DNA of 63,990 bases, the filler included, from Octopus bimaculoides (Eukaryota): assembly GCF_001194135.2 (NCBI RefSeq). It is 10 parts of 8 records of this genome, joined end to end, with 100 filler letters (N's around TTAATTAATTAA, not from the genome) between each part and the next. Parts side by side here need not be neighbours in the genome. Positions count along the whole stretch, not along the records: positions 48,528 to 55,948 come from NC_068993.1; positions 56,049 to 57,937 come from NW_026364895.1; positions 58,038 to 61,023 come from NC_068989.1; positions 61,124 to 62,164 come from NC_068984.1; positions 62,265 to 63,990 come from NC_068986.1; 5 more parts are not named here. The stretch is one strand, 5' to 3'. Numbering within the stretch: the stretch's first letter is position 1; each line of letters begins with the position of its first letter. Below are positions 49,639 through 62,496 of the stretch, piece by piece. A model generated the notes under the pieces. The model saw only the letters and a program-made list of their open reading frames with translations, had not been told where the DNA came from and ran no database searches. Both the position numbers and the translations under genes were made by a program.

Positions 49639-50183
49639 GATTTGTTTGTAGTGATCAAATGCTCGTACTGCACATTAACACACTCCTTCCATATAATTGA
49701 CGTTGCCTGGACAGATGCAGGGTGTAACACACGCCAGATGTCGAAGTGGACGTAGGACAAAGTGAGATGAAGTGTTGTAATCAAGAACACAACACAGTTG
49801 ACCCCATGTTTGATTTATACCTTATGAGTGAAATGTATAGAAGCTGGTTGGGTGGTTTGCACTTGTAATTGCAAACGGTGCGGCCTTGTCGTACGCTGCG
49901 TCAAGATGATTTCCCCCGTAAATTACGGTCAGAGTACACTAGTCTGTGAGTGAGGGTGCAAGGCGTTGTGGTAAAGTATCTGCACAAACGATTGCAAGGT
50001 CGTGGATTGATATCCCGAACTGCGTGATGCGTTGTGCTTTAGGAAAACACTTCACTAGACTTCGTTCTGCGATCACTTCAACACCTGATGTATGGTACAT
50101 CGTGCACATGTTCAGGCAACATCAGTTTGATGGAGGGTGAGAGCTAATATACAGTACACGCATTTGATCACTGCAAACAAATC
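49639..50183. mobile_element. Tc1-like deletion derivative with long imperfect inverted repeats
   Basis: About 49639-49800 aligns with the reverse complement of about 50030-50183 (e.g. GATTTGTTTGTAGTGATCAAATGCTCGTACTG / CAGTACACGCATTTGATCACTGCAAACAAATC). The interior encodes GKVSAQTIARS, like the Tc1 HTH motif VSAQTIRRRL. Confidence 0.6.
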
Positions 50184-51713
50184 GTTTATGCAGAACGTTC
50201 AGCAAAAAATTGTAGATCCGTCTTCTCCGAACTGCGAGAGACTACCGTCACATCAGACGAATCTGTAGACGTTGATTCAGGAGCACATAATTCAGTTGAT
50301 CAAACAACTGAATCCTCAATATGAAACGACGGAGACCCACCGTCACTATTAACCACAATCACATAGGACACAAGATAACTGGTAACAAAAATTCTCAAGA
50401 GAGCTAAACAGCAGGTTTTCGGAGAAGAAGTATTTTGGTCCTTAACTTCTTAGCCTCTAAGGGAGCTGGGCCACATCCAATTCTTGACTCCTGGGTGCCC
50501 TTCTACTGACACTTTTTAGCCACTTGGATATCGGAGACTTGTGCATTTAAACTGCTTGGAGATTTCATCGTGTTGTAACTTCTCACCGTTCATTCCGCTT
50601 TCAAATTTATAGAAGAATTTAACGTTGGCTGTCATGGTAGCGGTGAAAGGACAACGCTGCTGTCCCAATGGCTCACTCAAGGCTTATCTGATTATGTCGA
50701 CCCCAGTACTTGCCTGGTACTTTATATTATCGACTCCGATTAAAATAAAACGCAAAGTTGTCTTCGATGCTATATGAACTCCGAACACACACACAGACAA
50801 GAATATAATAAACAGAAACAAATCACCACTGCAAGGAATTTATTCCGGTCCTCTACCGATTCTTCCAACCCTCCGCCCTCCACACGATTCTGCCAACCTC
50901 CGCCCTCCAGTAATAATTTATCATAATAGGAAGTTGGAAGGATTGAAGCTATCCATTTTGGCAAATAGAACCATAATACCCAGACTGTTCTTCCCTCTCT
51001 CTTTCTCTCTTCCATCCATTTTTGTCATGTGCGATCCCAGATGGATGAAAAGCAAATTCAGCGCTGAATGGGAGTTAACTGATGGGTTTTTATGTTATTT
51101 ATATATTTATTATCTTTCCATATAGAATCGACCCTAAATAACATTTAAAGTATCCAGTCGGATGCTCTATTATTACTGCCAACTCGTCGCCTCTGGCAGT
51201 CGACAATAAATAAGTGAGCAAGAATTTAAGCATAAGGATTTAAAGTCTACGACTTCATTCCATGTAAATATATTTCTCCTGTCTTTTATCTCAAATGATC
51301 ATGTTTCTGCAATCCACCTTTTTCTTTATTCATCACGTCAGCTGAGGGTTCATAATTATATTTGCCAACCATTTATCAATTGCACCTTCATCTTTAGACT
51401 TGCATCCTGTACTGTGCCAGACTGGCTTTTTGTCAATACTACATTTTCCTCTCATCTCTCTGTCTCGCACTCGTCTCTCTCCGTTTGTCCGTCCCTCAAT
51501 CTGCATATCTTATCTATATTTGTCTGTCTGCCGCTTGTCTCTGTGTCTGTTCGTCAGTCAGTCTGTCTTCTAGCCGTCCCTTATCGCTTTTTCCCTTCTC
51601 TCTCTCTCCCTCCCTCTCTGTGTTTGTGTTGTGTGTGTTATGTATATATGTATATATGAACAAGTATGTATATGTATGCACAGACTCACACGCATATATT
51701 ATATATATATATG

Positions 51714-51750
<37 letters not shown>

Positions 51751-52220
51751 NNNNNNNNNNNNNNNNNNNNNNNNNNNNNNNNNNNNNNNNNNNNNNNNNN
51801 NNNNNNNNNNNNNNNNNNNNNNNNNNNNNNNNNNNNNNNNNNNNNNNNNNNNNNNNNNNNNNNNNNNNNNNNNNNNNNNNNNNNNNNNNNNNNNNNNNNN
51901 NNNNNNNNNNNNNNNNNNNNNNNNNNNNNNNNNNNNNNNNNNNNNNNNNNNNNNNNNNNNNNNNNNNNNNNNNNNNNNNNNNNNNNNNNNNNNNNNNNNN
52001 NNNNNNNNNNNNNNNNNNNNNNNNNNNNNNNNNNNNNNNNNNNNNNNNNNNNNNNNNNNNNNNNNNNNNNNNNNNNNNNNNNNNNNNNNNNNNNNNNNNN
52101 NNNNNNNNNNNNNNNNNNNNNNNNNNNNNNNNNNNNNNNNNNNNNNNNNNNNNNNNNNNNNNNNNNNNNNNNNNNNNNNNNNNNNNNNNNNNNNNNNNNN
52201 NNNNNNNNNNNNNNNNNNNN

Positions 52221-52221
52221 T

Positions 52222-52252
<31 letters not shown>

Positions 52253-52900
52253 ATCTTTCTCTCTCTCTCCTTCTCTCTGTATTTCTCACCTCCTTTCTCT
52301 CTCTCTGTTTGTCTTTCTCACCCCCTTCTCTCTCTCTGTCTGTCCTTCTCTTTGACTTTCTCACCTCCTTTCTCTCTCTTTGTCTTTCTCTTTCACTCTC
52401 TCTCTCTCTTGTTCAGTTCTTTCCTCTTTTCTTTTTCACTCTGTCTTCCCCCTGTCTCTCGTTCCTCATTTCTCTCTCTCCAGCTCTCCCTCTCTTTCCC
52501 ATTCTCTCCCCTTAACTCTTTGACTTTCTCCCTCTCTCCATTTATCTCTCTCACTTTCTATTCTTCATAACTCTCTCTCCCATTTCTCTCTCTCACTCTC
52601 TCTCTCACACTCACTCTTTCTCACTCTCTCTTTACCTTTCCCTATTTCTCTTCCCTTCTCTCGTTCCGATCTCCCTCTCCATATTTCTCTTTCTCATTCA
52701 CCCTCTCGGTCCCCCTCTCTCCCCATTTCTCACTCCTTCTTCTCTCTTTCCCCATTGCTGTCTCCCTCCCTCCCTCCTCTCTCTTTCCTTTTCTCCCTCT
52801 CTCCCATTTCCCTCTCTCCCACTCTCCCTCTCTCCCACTCTCCCTCTTCCTCCGCCGATTCCATCTCCTCCTACACCAGTTCCTCACTCTCTCCAAACAC
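52221..52900. repeat. Long CT-rich polypyrimidine tract
   Basis: About 680 bp almost entirely C/T on the plus strand. Confidence 0.95.
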
Positions 52901-53124
52901 CCACCCCCCAATCAATCCCTGTCATTAACACCACCACCGAACGGCTCAGCCAATGTCGTCTAAACCTCAGATGAAAGCCAGTGGAGTCACAAGCCACACA
53001 GTGTTGGTGCCTATTTCGGTTAATTAAGGTGGCGAAATATCAAACGAACGCGCGGCACATCGTTAATTCTATGCTTCGCGATGGCACAGCCGTAAAAATG
53101 AAAATAAAGAAATATATACACATA

Positions 53125-53134
53125 TAATAATAAC

Positions 53135-53187
<53 letters not shown>

Positions 53188-53263
53188 TAATAATAATAAC
53201 AATAATAATAATGATAATGATAATAATAATAATAATGATAATAATAATAATAATAATAATGAC

Positions 53264-53314
<51 letters not shown>

Positions 53315-53422
53315 TAATAATAATAATAATAATAAAAATAAATAATAATAATAATAATAATAATGATGATGATGATAATAATGATGATAATAATAATAAT
53401 AATGATAATAATAATAATAACA

Positions 53423-53453
<31 letters not shown>

Positions 53454-53521
53454 TAATGATGATAATAATGATAATAATAATAATAATAATAATGATAATA
53501 ATGATAATAATAATAATAATG

Positions 53522-53552
<31 letters not shown>

Positions 53553-53584
53553 TAATAATAATAATGATAATCATAATAATAATA

Positions 53585-53627
<43 letters not shown>

Positions 53628-53640
53628 TAATAATAATAGT
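53125..53640. repeat. (AAT)n/(GAT)n trinucleotide array
   Basis: About 515 bp of AAT with GAT/AAC variants; source of the poly-I/poly-Y ORFs. Confidence 0.98.
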
Positions 53641-53745
53641 ATAAAGGTATAAAAAACGCGAAAACAAAGTTATTACAAACAGGACAGGGCTCATTTTATA
53701 GTTTTACATAGTTTTGCCGGAGTGGTTATAAAGATGTGTCTGTGT

Positions 53746-53790
<45 letters not shown>

Positions 53791-53825
53791 CATACATCTC
53801 TATTATCTGTTTTTTTTTGCTTCTA

Positions 53826-53939
53826 TCATCATCATCTCTATTGCTCTTCATCATCACCACGATCATCATTTTCCTTGGCGTCGTGGTCATCGTCTTCGTC
53901 ACCGTCCTTGTCATCGATATCATCATCATCATCATCCAC

Positions 53940-53979
<40 letters not shown>

Positions 53980-54301
53980 ATATCACCATCACAACCATCA
54001 CTAAATCATTACAAGCATTATCATTTTTATCGTCGTTGTCGTCGATACGATCACCACCACCACCACCACCACCACCACCATCATCATAATCAAAATCCCC
54101 TTCCTCCTCCTCAGCATCATCATCATCATCATCATCATCAGCACCGTCGTCGTCGCCATCGTCGTTCTGGTCATCGTCATCGTGGTTGTCGTAGTAGTCG
54201 ATGGCGTCGTCGTCATCATCGTCGTAGTGGTCATCATTATCATCAACATCATCATCATCATCATCATCATCAACATCATCATCATCATCATCATCATCAT
54301 T
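53826..54301. repeat. (CAT)n/(CAC)n/(CGT)n compound trinucleotide array
   Basis: Source of the poly-H, poly-S and poly-M ORFs. Confidence 0.95.
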
Positions 54302-55118
54302 ATAAACGATGTCGCTGTCATCAGTGGCGGTGTTTTGTAGTAAATTCTTATTGATATTCGAAGAGAATGAAGAATCTAGAGTGATTTAGGACATATACAC
54401 ACACCACATACAACCACGCATATTCAAACTTAGTGGGTTGCCTTTATTGTTATTTTATTGCTGTCTTTGAGATTTTTGATTATATGTGTGTGTATATATA
54501 CATAGATATATATATGTACGTTTATCTGTCTGTCTATCTGTATGTATGTATGTATGTATGTACAATTATGCACCAACGGATATATGTAGGAGTGTTTATA
54601 TACAGACGTTTTCATATATATGTATATATATNNNNNNNNNNNNNNNNNNNNNNNNNNNNNNNNNNNNNNNNNNNNNNNNNNNNNNNNNNNNNNNNNNNNN
54701 NNNNNNNNNNNNNNNNNNNNNNNNNNNNNNNNNNNNNNNNNNNNNNNNNNNNNNNNNNNNNNNNNNNNNNNNNNNNNNNNNNNNNNNNNNNNNNNNNNNN
54801 NNNNNNNNNNNNNNNNNNNNNNNNNNNNNNNNNNNNNNNNNNNNNNNNNNNNNNNNNNNNNNNNNNNNNNNNNNNNNNNNNNNNNNNNNNNNNNNNNNTA
54901 TATATATATATTGCTAGAGAGAGGAAGAGAGAGCAATAGATACGCAGTCGCTTTAACATACAAATTCGCGTACACCTATATAAAAGTCCACACACACACA
55001 AACACACATACACACAAAATGTATATATATATATATACACTCACACACACACACACATACACACATCTTTCTATCTATCTATATATCTACACACACACAT
55101 ACATACATACACATACAT

Positions 55119-55170
<52 letters not shown>

Positions 55171-55343
55171 ATGTGTGTGTTTGTGTGTGTGTGTAGATAG
55201 ATAAATGTATATATATATAAAACTATCTCTCTACCTGTCTGTATGTCTATCTGTTTATCTGTCTCTCTTTCTAGCCATCTATCTAGCTATCTATTTTTGT
55301 AAATATTCATACATACGTACATACATACATACACAAACATATA

Positions 55344-55382
<39 letters not shown>

Positions 55383-55406
55383 GCGCGTGTGTATGTATGT
55401 TTACAG

Positions 55407-55440
<34 letters not shown>

Positions 55441-56119
55441 GTAGATAGATAGATTGAAAGACAGACAGACAGACAAATAGACGTGTGTGTACAAGGTGTT
55501 AGAGTGGTAATCTTATAGAAAGAGGATGAACGAAGTATTGGGAGGTTTAAGGACAGATTTTCCTTTCTTGTTTATTTTGATTTGTTTTAAATTGTTATTA
55601 TTATTTTGTTTTGATTTTGTTTTGAAAGTGATGTTGATGCACCCCTTAAAACAAAGAAACTAATAATGGTCTGATTGGAAGAATGGCATCTAAGGCGCGA
55701 ACCTAAAAACGATAGTATTAAACACCAACGCACACACATGCACACACATATGTATACAAACTTATACCCACAAAGACACATACACGTGCATGTATGTATA
55801 TATATATATATATATATACATATAAAGATACACACATACATATATTTATACATGTGTGTATGTGTGTATACAGGCATATATGTGTGTTTATGTGTATATA
55901 TATATATATATATGTGTGAGTGTGTGTGTATGTGTGTGTGTATATACANNNNNNNNNNNNNNNNNNNNNNNNNNNNNNNNNNNNNNNNNNNNTTAATTAA
56001 TTAANNNNNNNNNNNNNNNNNNNNNNNNNNNNNNNNNNNNNNNNNNNNTACAATAACCAATAATATGTTGTGCATGTATAGTAATATTACGATCATGACA
56101 TTAGCTTTAACTTATCTCA

Positions 56120-56193
56120 CTCTTTCTTGCAGAACCCCTAGGAACCTTTTGCGGAATCCCAGGGTTCCGGGGAATCCCGGTTAAGAAACGCTG
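56120..56193. mobile_element. hAT (Charlie-like) MITE terminal fragment
   Basis: GGAATCCCAGGGTTCCGGGGAATCCCGGTTAAGAAACGCTG terminus followed by the 8-mer CCGTAGAG (nnnTAGAn target-like). Other end not seen. Confidence 0.55.
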
Positions 56194-58037
56194 CCGTAGA
56201 GATTGCAGTGGAATCACAGTTACCGCAGTGACAGTAGTGCAAAATCAAAACGTGTGTTTTGTTGGCTTGCCGCCCCGAGACCCATTCCTCTAGCTTCACA
56301 GTGAGATTTCTAACGAATACGCCATTCTGTTGCTTTTGACTAGTGTTTCGCTTTATCGGCACTGGATTAAAGAAAGGGAAATTCGACGTCAGTAGGATTT
56401 GAACTCAGATAGCTTGGTATGCAATAGATATCACAAAGCATTTCTTCTAACTTTAACAACTGTATCAACTCATGTCGTATTATACAGTTAGGTATTATGC
56501 GTAGTTTTATGTATCATACATGCGTTTAAATACTATATAAATCTTAAGTGTTATCCGCAGTAAACGTATATCAACATACGTAGTCTCATGTATTATATAC
56601 TATCTATGTTGTACGGAGTTTGAACATTTTACACTAACAAAAGAGGAAACAGAAAGATACACATGGTCTTTTATTCTACTAACTCCAAATCCTGCTGCAT
56701 TGCAAAGCGACACTGCATATTAATGTTAGTTTGACCGAGAGAAGAAACACTTTTGTTAATAACATTAACACTTATCACACAAGTGCAACCTAACATAAAT
56801 AAACATTTTCTAGGTTTCCGTTTTCATTTATTAAAAAATTCCATTCACGAATTATCAAACTCTGATGAAATGCAAGCATAGATGATTTATCTACGAGATA
56901 TTCTGATTTTCCGCATAGTTTTTCTAAGTTATGCGTTAGGCTACGCTTAATTCTGCAATATAACATAAATATATTGATCGAGGGGTTAACAAGATTTAGT
57001 CCATGTAAACTGCAGCATTATTCATTGGTCAATAATATTGTTTACGACTGTTTCCCTCCCCCTTTATTTTCTTGTTTGTTTGTTTCTTGTAAGATTTATC
57101 TATTTGCCCAAATTGGCTGCAGAATTACGAGTTCCTAGTCTTGGTACTTGCATGTACATACTTATGTACATATATTAATATAAACACACCCCCATATACA
57201 AACATATACATATAAATATACATGCATATCTTATACATGAATCCATACACATATGCACATACATTTATATGTGTATTTGTTTATATATACATGTTTTTCT
57301 TTATTGATTTCCAAATACGTTTCTACACATGCATACACACCTACACATATAGTGAGCGTTTACTGGTGTGGTTGGTATGATTCCTGTCTACCGAGTCTGC
57401 AATCAAATTTCGTTTCCAACTTACAATAGTTTCTCTCCATTATTTTCTTGAGTAATCTCATGAACCTCACAACAAACCAAACACTACAATACCCTTCACG
57501 CCTTTATAGAAAATAATAACCCTATAACATGAATGCGTTTCACTCAAGATAGCACGAATCTACTCGAAATTAATACTGTTTCTTTTCTATTTATACACGA
57601 AAGCCTTTACAATAGAGAGCTGATTCCCTTAATACAATATATAGTTGGTACAGCATTGAAGATTTAGTTTTCATGCAGTATGCATATGCCCATTGCTTAT
57701 CATATTAAACAAATATAAGATAGAGCAATGTTTTAATGAATAGAATGCTAGTCCATCTGGAGAAATATTCCTGGTGAACCTAGTGGAAGGGAACTTAGCA
57801 CAGTAAGCCGAAAACGCACGTTAATTTTACAGTGCTGTCGCTACTTACTACAATAAATTCTATTTTAATGAAATCTCTATTTGCATTCAGGAGGACTAAG
57901 AAAATAATTGAGAAAAACAAATAATCATATATATATANNNNNNNNNNNNNNNNNNNNNNNNNNNNNNNNNNNNNNNNNNNNTTAATTAATTAANNNNNNN
58001 NNNNNNNNNNNNNNNNNNNNNNNNNNNNNNNNNNNNN

Positions 58038-58116
<79 letters not shown>

Positions 58117-58314
58117 TATATGGTATATGTATGTATGTATGTGTATATGTATATATACATATGGTATAAGTATGCATGAATGTGTGTATATATATATGGT
58201 ATATGTATGTGTGTATATATTTGAATATATATATTAATATATGATATATATATGTATATATATATACATACATGTACCATATACATATATACACGTACAT
58301 ATACGCGTATATAC

Positions 58315-58354
<40 letters not shown>

Positions 58355-58379
58355 NNNNNNNNNNACACACACACATATG

Positions 58380-58414
<35 letters not shown>

Positions 58415-58424
58415 GTATGCGCAT

Positions 58425-58806
58425 GCGTGGGTGTGTTGTACGAATCTTGATTCCCAATCACATGGTTACGGGTTGAGTCCCACTGTGTGGCACCTCGGAG
58501 AAATGTCTCCTACTATAAGCCTCGGGCCGACCAAAGCCATGGGAGTGGATTTGGTGGTCGGAAACTGGAAAAAGCCCGTCGCATATATTTATATATATAG
58601 ATAGATGTGTGCGTTTGTACGTGTGTGTATTCATGTTTGTGCGTCTGTGCTTGTACCCCCGGCATGCTTAACAACCGATGCTGGTATATTTATGTCCTCG
58701 TAACTTAGCTGTTCGCTAAAAGAGAACTTTAGAATAAGTACTAGTCCTACAAAGGCGGTGTTGCAGCATGACTGCAGTAAAATGACCGAAACAAGTAAAA
58801 GAATAA
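58425..58806 (+). mobile_element. SINE family A
   Basis: GGGTTGAGTCCCACTGTGTGGCACCTCGG...GCCTCGGGCCGACCAAAGCC...GACCGAAACAAGTAAAAGAATAAA. Confidence 0.9.
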
Positions 58807-59614
58807 ATTTATATATATATATACAGATATATATATAAAGACGGTTTTCAACACAGTTTATATGTCTGTGTTTATGTGTCAAATTCCACCATTAATATAT
58901 TGGTCGTCTTGATGCTTTAGTAGTTGAGATTTGCGAGAAATACCCCAGTGGAATTGAACCCACAACTGCGTAGTTGCGAAACAAACTTTACCTACGCAAC
59001 AGTACGTTCAAGTAAGATCGATTATGGTATCAATTATGATATCAAGACAATCTGACCATCAGCTGCTGTTTGCTTTCTTTGTTGCGTTTACGAACAAAAA
59101 TTTTTACTTTGAGCGTCGTCATTTCGCCAAGCATTTACCAGCAACAGGCAATAAGTATCAAATGCATCTAGTTTAGTTTCACATCAGATTGCACCGATCT
59201 GCCTTGCTATTATGCTTGCACTCTGGTTCTAATTATAGCCTGCTGATACCACTGTTGCTGATGCGTCGTCGTCCTCGTCCTCCTTGTTCTTGTTTGTTTG
59301 GTTCATCTTCAGAACACTCCTAACTTAGCAGCCGGTAGGTCAATGACATTTCAACCCTCACCCTCATATTTTGTTTCCCTACAAGTATACCATAACAAAG
59401 ACTATATTATTCAATATGCCCGTCTCTTTTTTAAAACTGTGGAGTGCGATTTGAATGAAAAGTAGCTGCTATTTCTACATTACTGTCGATTGGGAGGATA
59501 CTCACTCACTGGATCAGTTATAGTTTGTGTGTAATTACTGGTGATTGTCAGTTTCATATCATTAGGTGCGCTGCTCTCATTGTGTAATTTTTATGAAATT
59601 AATTTTATACATTA

Positions 59615-59735
59615 GGCGCAGGAGTGGCTGCATGGCACCTTGGGTAAATGTCTTCTACTATAGCCTCCGGTCGACCAAAGCCTTGTGAGTGGATTTGGTA
59701 GACGGAAACTGAAAGAAACCCGTCGTATATATGTG

Positions 59736-59766
<31 letters not shown>

Positions 59767-59975
59767 TTGTGCGCCTGTGTTTGTCCCCCCACCATCGCTT
59801 GAAAACCGATGCTAGTGTGTTTACGTCCCCGTAACTTAGCGGTTCGGCAAAAAGAAACCGATAGAATAAGTACCAGGCTTACAAAAAATAAGTCCTGGGG
59901 TCGATTTTCTCGACTAAAGGTGGTGCTCCAGCATGGCCGCAGTCAAATGACTGAAACAAGTAAAAGAGTAAAAGA
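59615..59975 (+). mobile_element. SINE family A with a deletion in the tRNA head
   Basis: GGCGCAGGAGTGGCTG jumps directly to CATGGCACCTTGGG (B-box region missing); remainder close to consensus. Confidence 0.93.
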
Positions 59976-60129
59976 TTATAATATTATATCATATTATATT
60001 ATCATTTTATTCATTTTTTTTATATTATTGACCCTTATGAAGATTTATAAAGGAATTTTTGGATCACGAGAATAGGTCTCAATGTAATAATAGTTATTTT
60101 ATTATCTTTTTTTTTTTTCACAATTTTAT

Positions 60130-60420
60130 CCCAAACAAGACTTGAAGCTACTGGAGTGTAAATGCGTAAGGAGATACAAAGGAGAAGAAAAGGGAGCCTA
60201 AAATTCAAACAATATCGATTGATAAAAACCTTGAAGAATTGAATGTCATAGACCAGAGGAAACACAAGGTGATGGTGAGGGTAGTGAGTTCCAGTGAGCA
60301 GCTGTTTAAGGAAAGAAGTCATTAGAATAACAGGATTTTGATTTAGAGGAAGCTCAACAGAGTGACGATGCACCTGGAAGAGATGCGACTGACATGTTTA
60401 ATTGTCTTGACATAGAGAGT
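60130..60420 (-). mobile_element. CR1/L2-group LINE 3' end
   Basis: Minus strand, with frameshifts: ...SF..TAAHWNSLPS...VFPLVYDIQFFKVFINR, matching the SFFPRTxxxWNSLP...VFP..Y.L..FK..VN C-terminal motif. Confidence 0.7.
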
Positions 60421-60724
60421 TAGACAAGAAAGTTCATAAGAGAAATAACTATAACTATTCATAGAACGAAAATACGTTTTGACAATGAGTCAATTTGTGT
60501 CTCCCTAAAGCCCAAAGCCAGTAGCTTCAGGGCACAGTGTTAGTCGATTACATTGACCCCCAGTATTTAATTAGTCCCTTAATGTTATGTTCTGAAAGAA
60601 GGAGAAGTAAAGTTGACATCGGTAAAGTTGGAAATCAGAACGTAAAGATCAGGAACAATTAGTGCACATCATTTTACCCCGACTTCCTCACCATGCCAAC
60701 GCCCGCAGCTCTGGCTGTAATAAT

Positions 60725-60937
60725 GGTTTCAAATTTTGCCACACTAGCAGCAATTTTGGGGGAGGAGATGAGTCGATTATATTGACTCCAGTGTTCAACT
60801 GGTACTTATTTTATCGACTCCTAAAGGATGAAAGGTAAGGTCGACCACGGCGGAATTTGAACTCAGAACGAAGTGACGGGTTCAAATATCGCGAAGCATT
60901 TCGTCAAGTGCGCTAACGATTCTGCCAGCTTGCCGCC
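60725..60937 (-). mobile_element. SINE family B, full length
   Basis: Minus strand GGCGGCAAGCTGGCAGAATCGTTAGCGC...GAGTTCAAATTCCGCCGTGGTCGAC... ending GTGGCAAAATTTGAAACC. Confidence 0.93.
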
Positions 60938-60947
60938 CTGCTCTCAC

Positions 60948-61023
<76 letters not shown>

Positions 61024-61124
61024 NNNNNNNNNNNNNNNNNNNNNNNNNNNNNNNNNNNNNNNNNNNNTTAATTAATTAANNNNNNNNNNNNNNNNNNNNN
61101 NNNNNNNNNNNNNNNNNNNNNNNA

Positions 61125-61340
61125 TTGTTATGATCGGCCATTATTATGATTGACCGTTGACTGAACACTATTCAATTTCTTTTCTCCGTGTTTTTCTCCT
61201 TGTCTCCGTATTCTTTCTGTTGAAGAGCGTAGCTCGAAACGTCAAAGACTTTCCGTATTCCCGAGCGTCATACTAATATATACTTTTGTTATTTACACCA
61301 CCTGTCTTCGTCTGTTGTTATTTTTTGTATATTCTCCCAT
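61125..61340 (+). mobile_element. PLE terminal-repeat-like element (copy 1)
   Basis: Homologous to 40115-40330 (minus); carries the hammerhead-like motif; ends in (TA)n. Confidence 0.65.
61212..61248 (+). ncRNA. Minimal type I hammerhead ribozyme-like motif (variant core)
   Basis: TCTTT(stem I)-CTGTTGA-A-GAGC-GTA-GCTC(stem II)-GAAA-CGT-C-AAAGA(stem I). Palindromic ACGT helix III, GUC cleavage triplet. Confidence 0.6.
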
Positions 61341-61579
61341 ATATATATATATATATATATATGCATATATATATATGCATATATATATGTACATGTATGT
61401 ATACATATATATGTACATATATATATATGTGTGTGTGTGTATATGTATGTACATATATATATATATATGTGTGTATATATATATATGTATGTGTGTATAT
61501 ATATATGTATGTATATATATATGTATGCGTGTATATATATATATCTATTTATGTGTATATATATGTATTTATATATATA

Positions 61580-61650
<71 letters not shown>

Positions 61651-62496
61651 AAAGGTAAGATGCAAGTATCAAGGTGTAAGAAGTTTAGTAATCTTCAAAA
61701 AGTTAGTCTTCTTCACAAATATGCTTTCTACGCACTTCAAACGAATCCCCAGCGAGTTAACACACGGTCTGTTAACCATAATGTAAACTTCATATAATCA
61801 ATATATCCTTGGCCCTAAAAGTAGCTTACGGTTTACCCCACGTTTGGATAATTTACTACTTCCCATGTTCCGCTGGCTACGAAACATATGTAGCCTGGAT
61901 TTTATCTACTTCGTTCCCTAAATATATATATATATGAATGAATGAATGAAATGTTCCCTATGTGGCCTGTCTGTTTTCCTGTGTGTTCCTACCGTCGTCC
62001 GAAAAAAAGTTTGTTTTCCGTGCTTTGTTTATGCATTCGTTTTTCATTTTGTCCACGTTTTTTTTTTGTAACGCCCTGTATCCAGATATGCATCTATATA
62101 TACATGTAGATGTAGGTATGTACATACATGTACGTATATATGCATATACTCACATATTATTTGTNNNNNNNNNNNNNNNNNNNNNNNNNNNNNNNNNNNN
62201 NNNNNNNNTTAATTAATTAANNNNNNNNNNNNNNNNNNNNNNNNNNNNNNNNNNNNNNNNNNNNTAAATACATTCATAAATGTGTGGTTATATATGCATA
62301 CGCGGTATACATACATACAGACATAGATACATAATATATATATATTGATAGATTGATAGATAGGGAGTGAGAGATTATAGATAAATACATTCATAAATGT
62401 GTGGTTATATATGCATACGCGGTATACATACATACAGACATAGATACATAATATATATATATTATGTATCTATGTTTGTATGTATGTATGCAGATA

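Noticed and set aside
50480-50640. Possible mariner N-terminal remnant on the minus strand (ANVKFFYKF...ISKWLK)
   Set aside because: Too decayed to call; no TIR identified.
61660-61870. Possible mariner C-terminal remnant on the minus strand (KLSKR.G...GYI)
   Set aside because: Requires several assumed frameshifts; insufficient evidence.
62265-62463. Two identical 82-bp copies with period 117
   Set aside because: Adjacent to a gap and made of microsatellite-like sequence; likely a collapsed minisatellite or assembly overlap.
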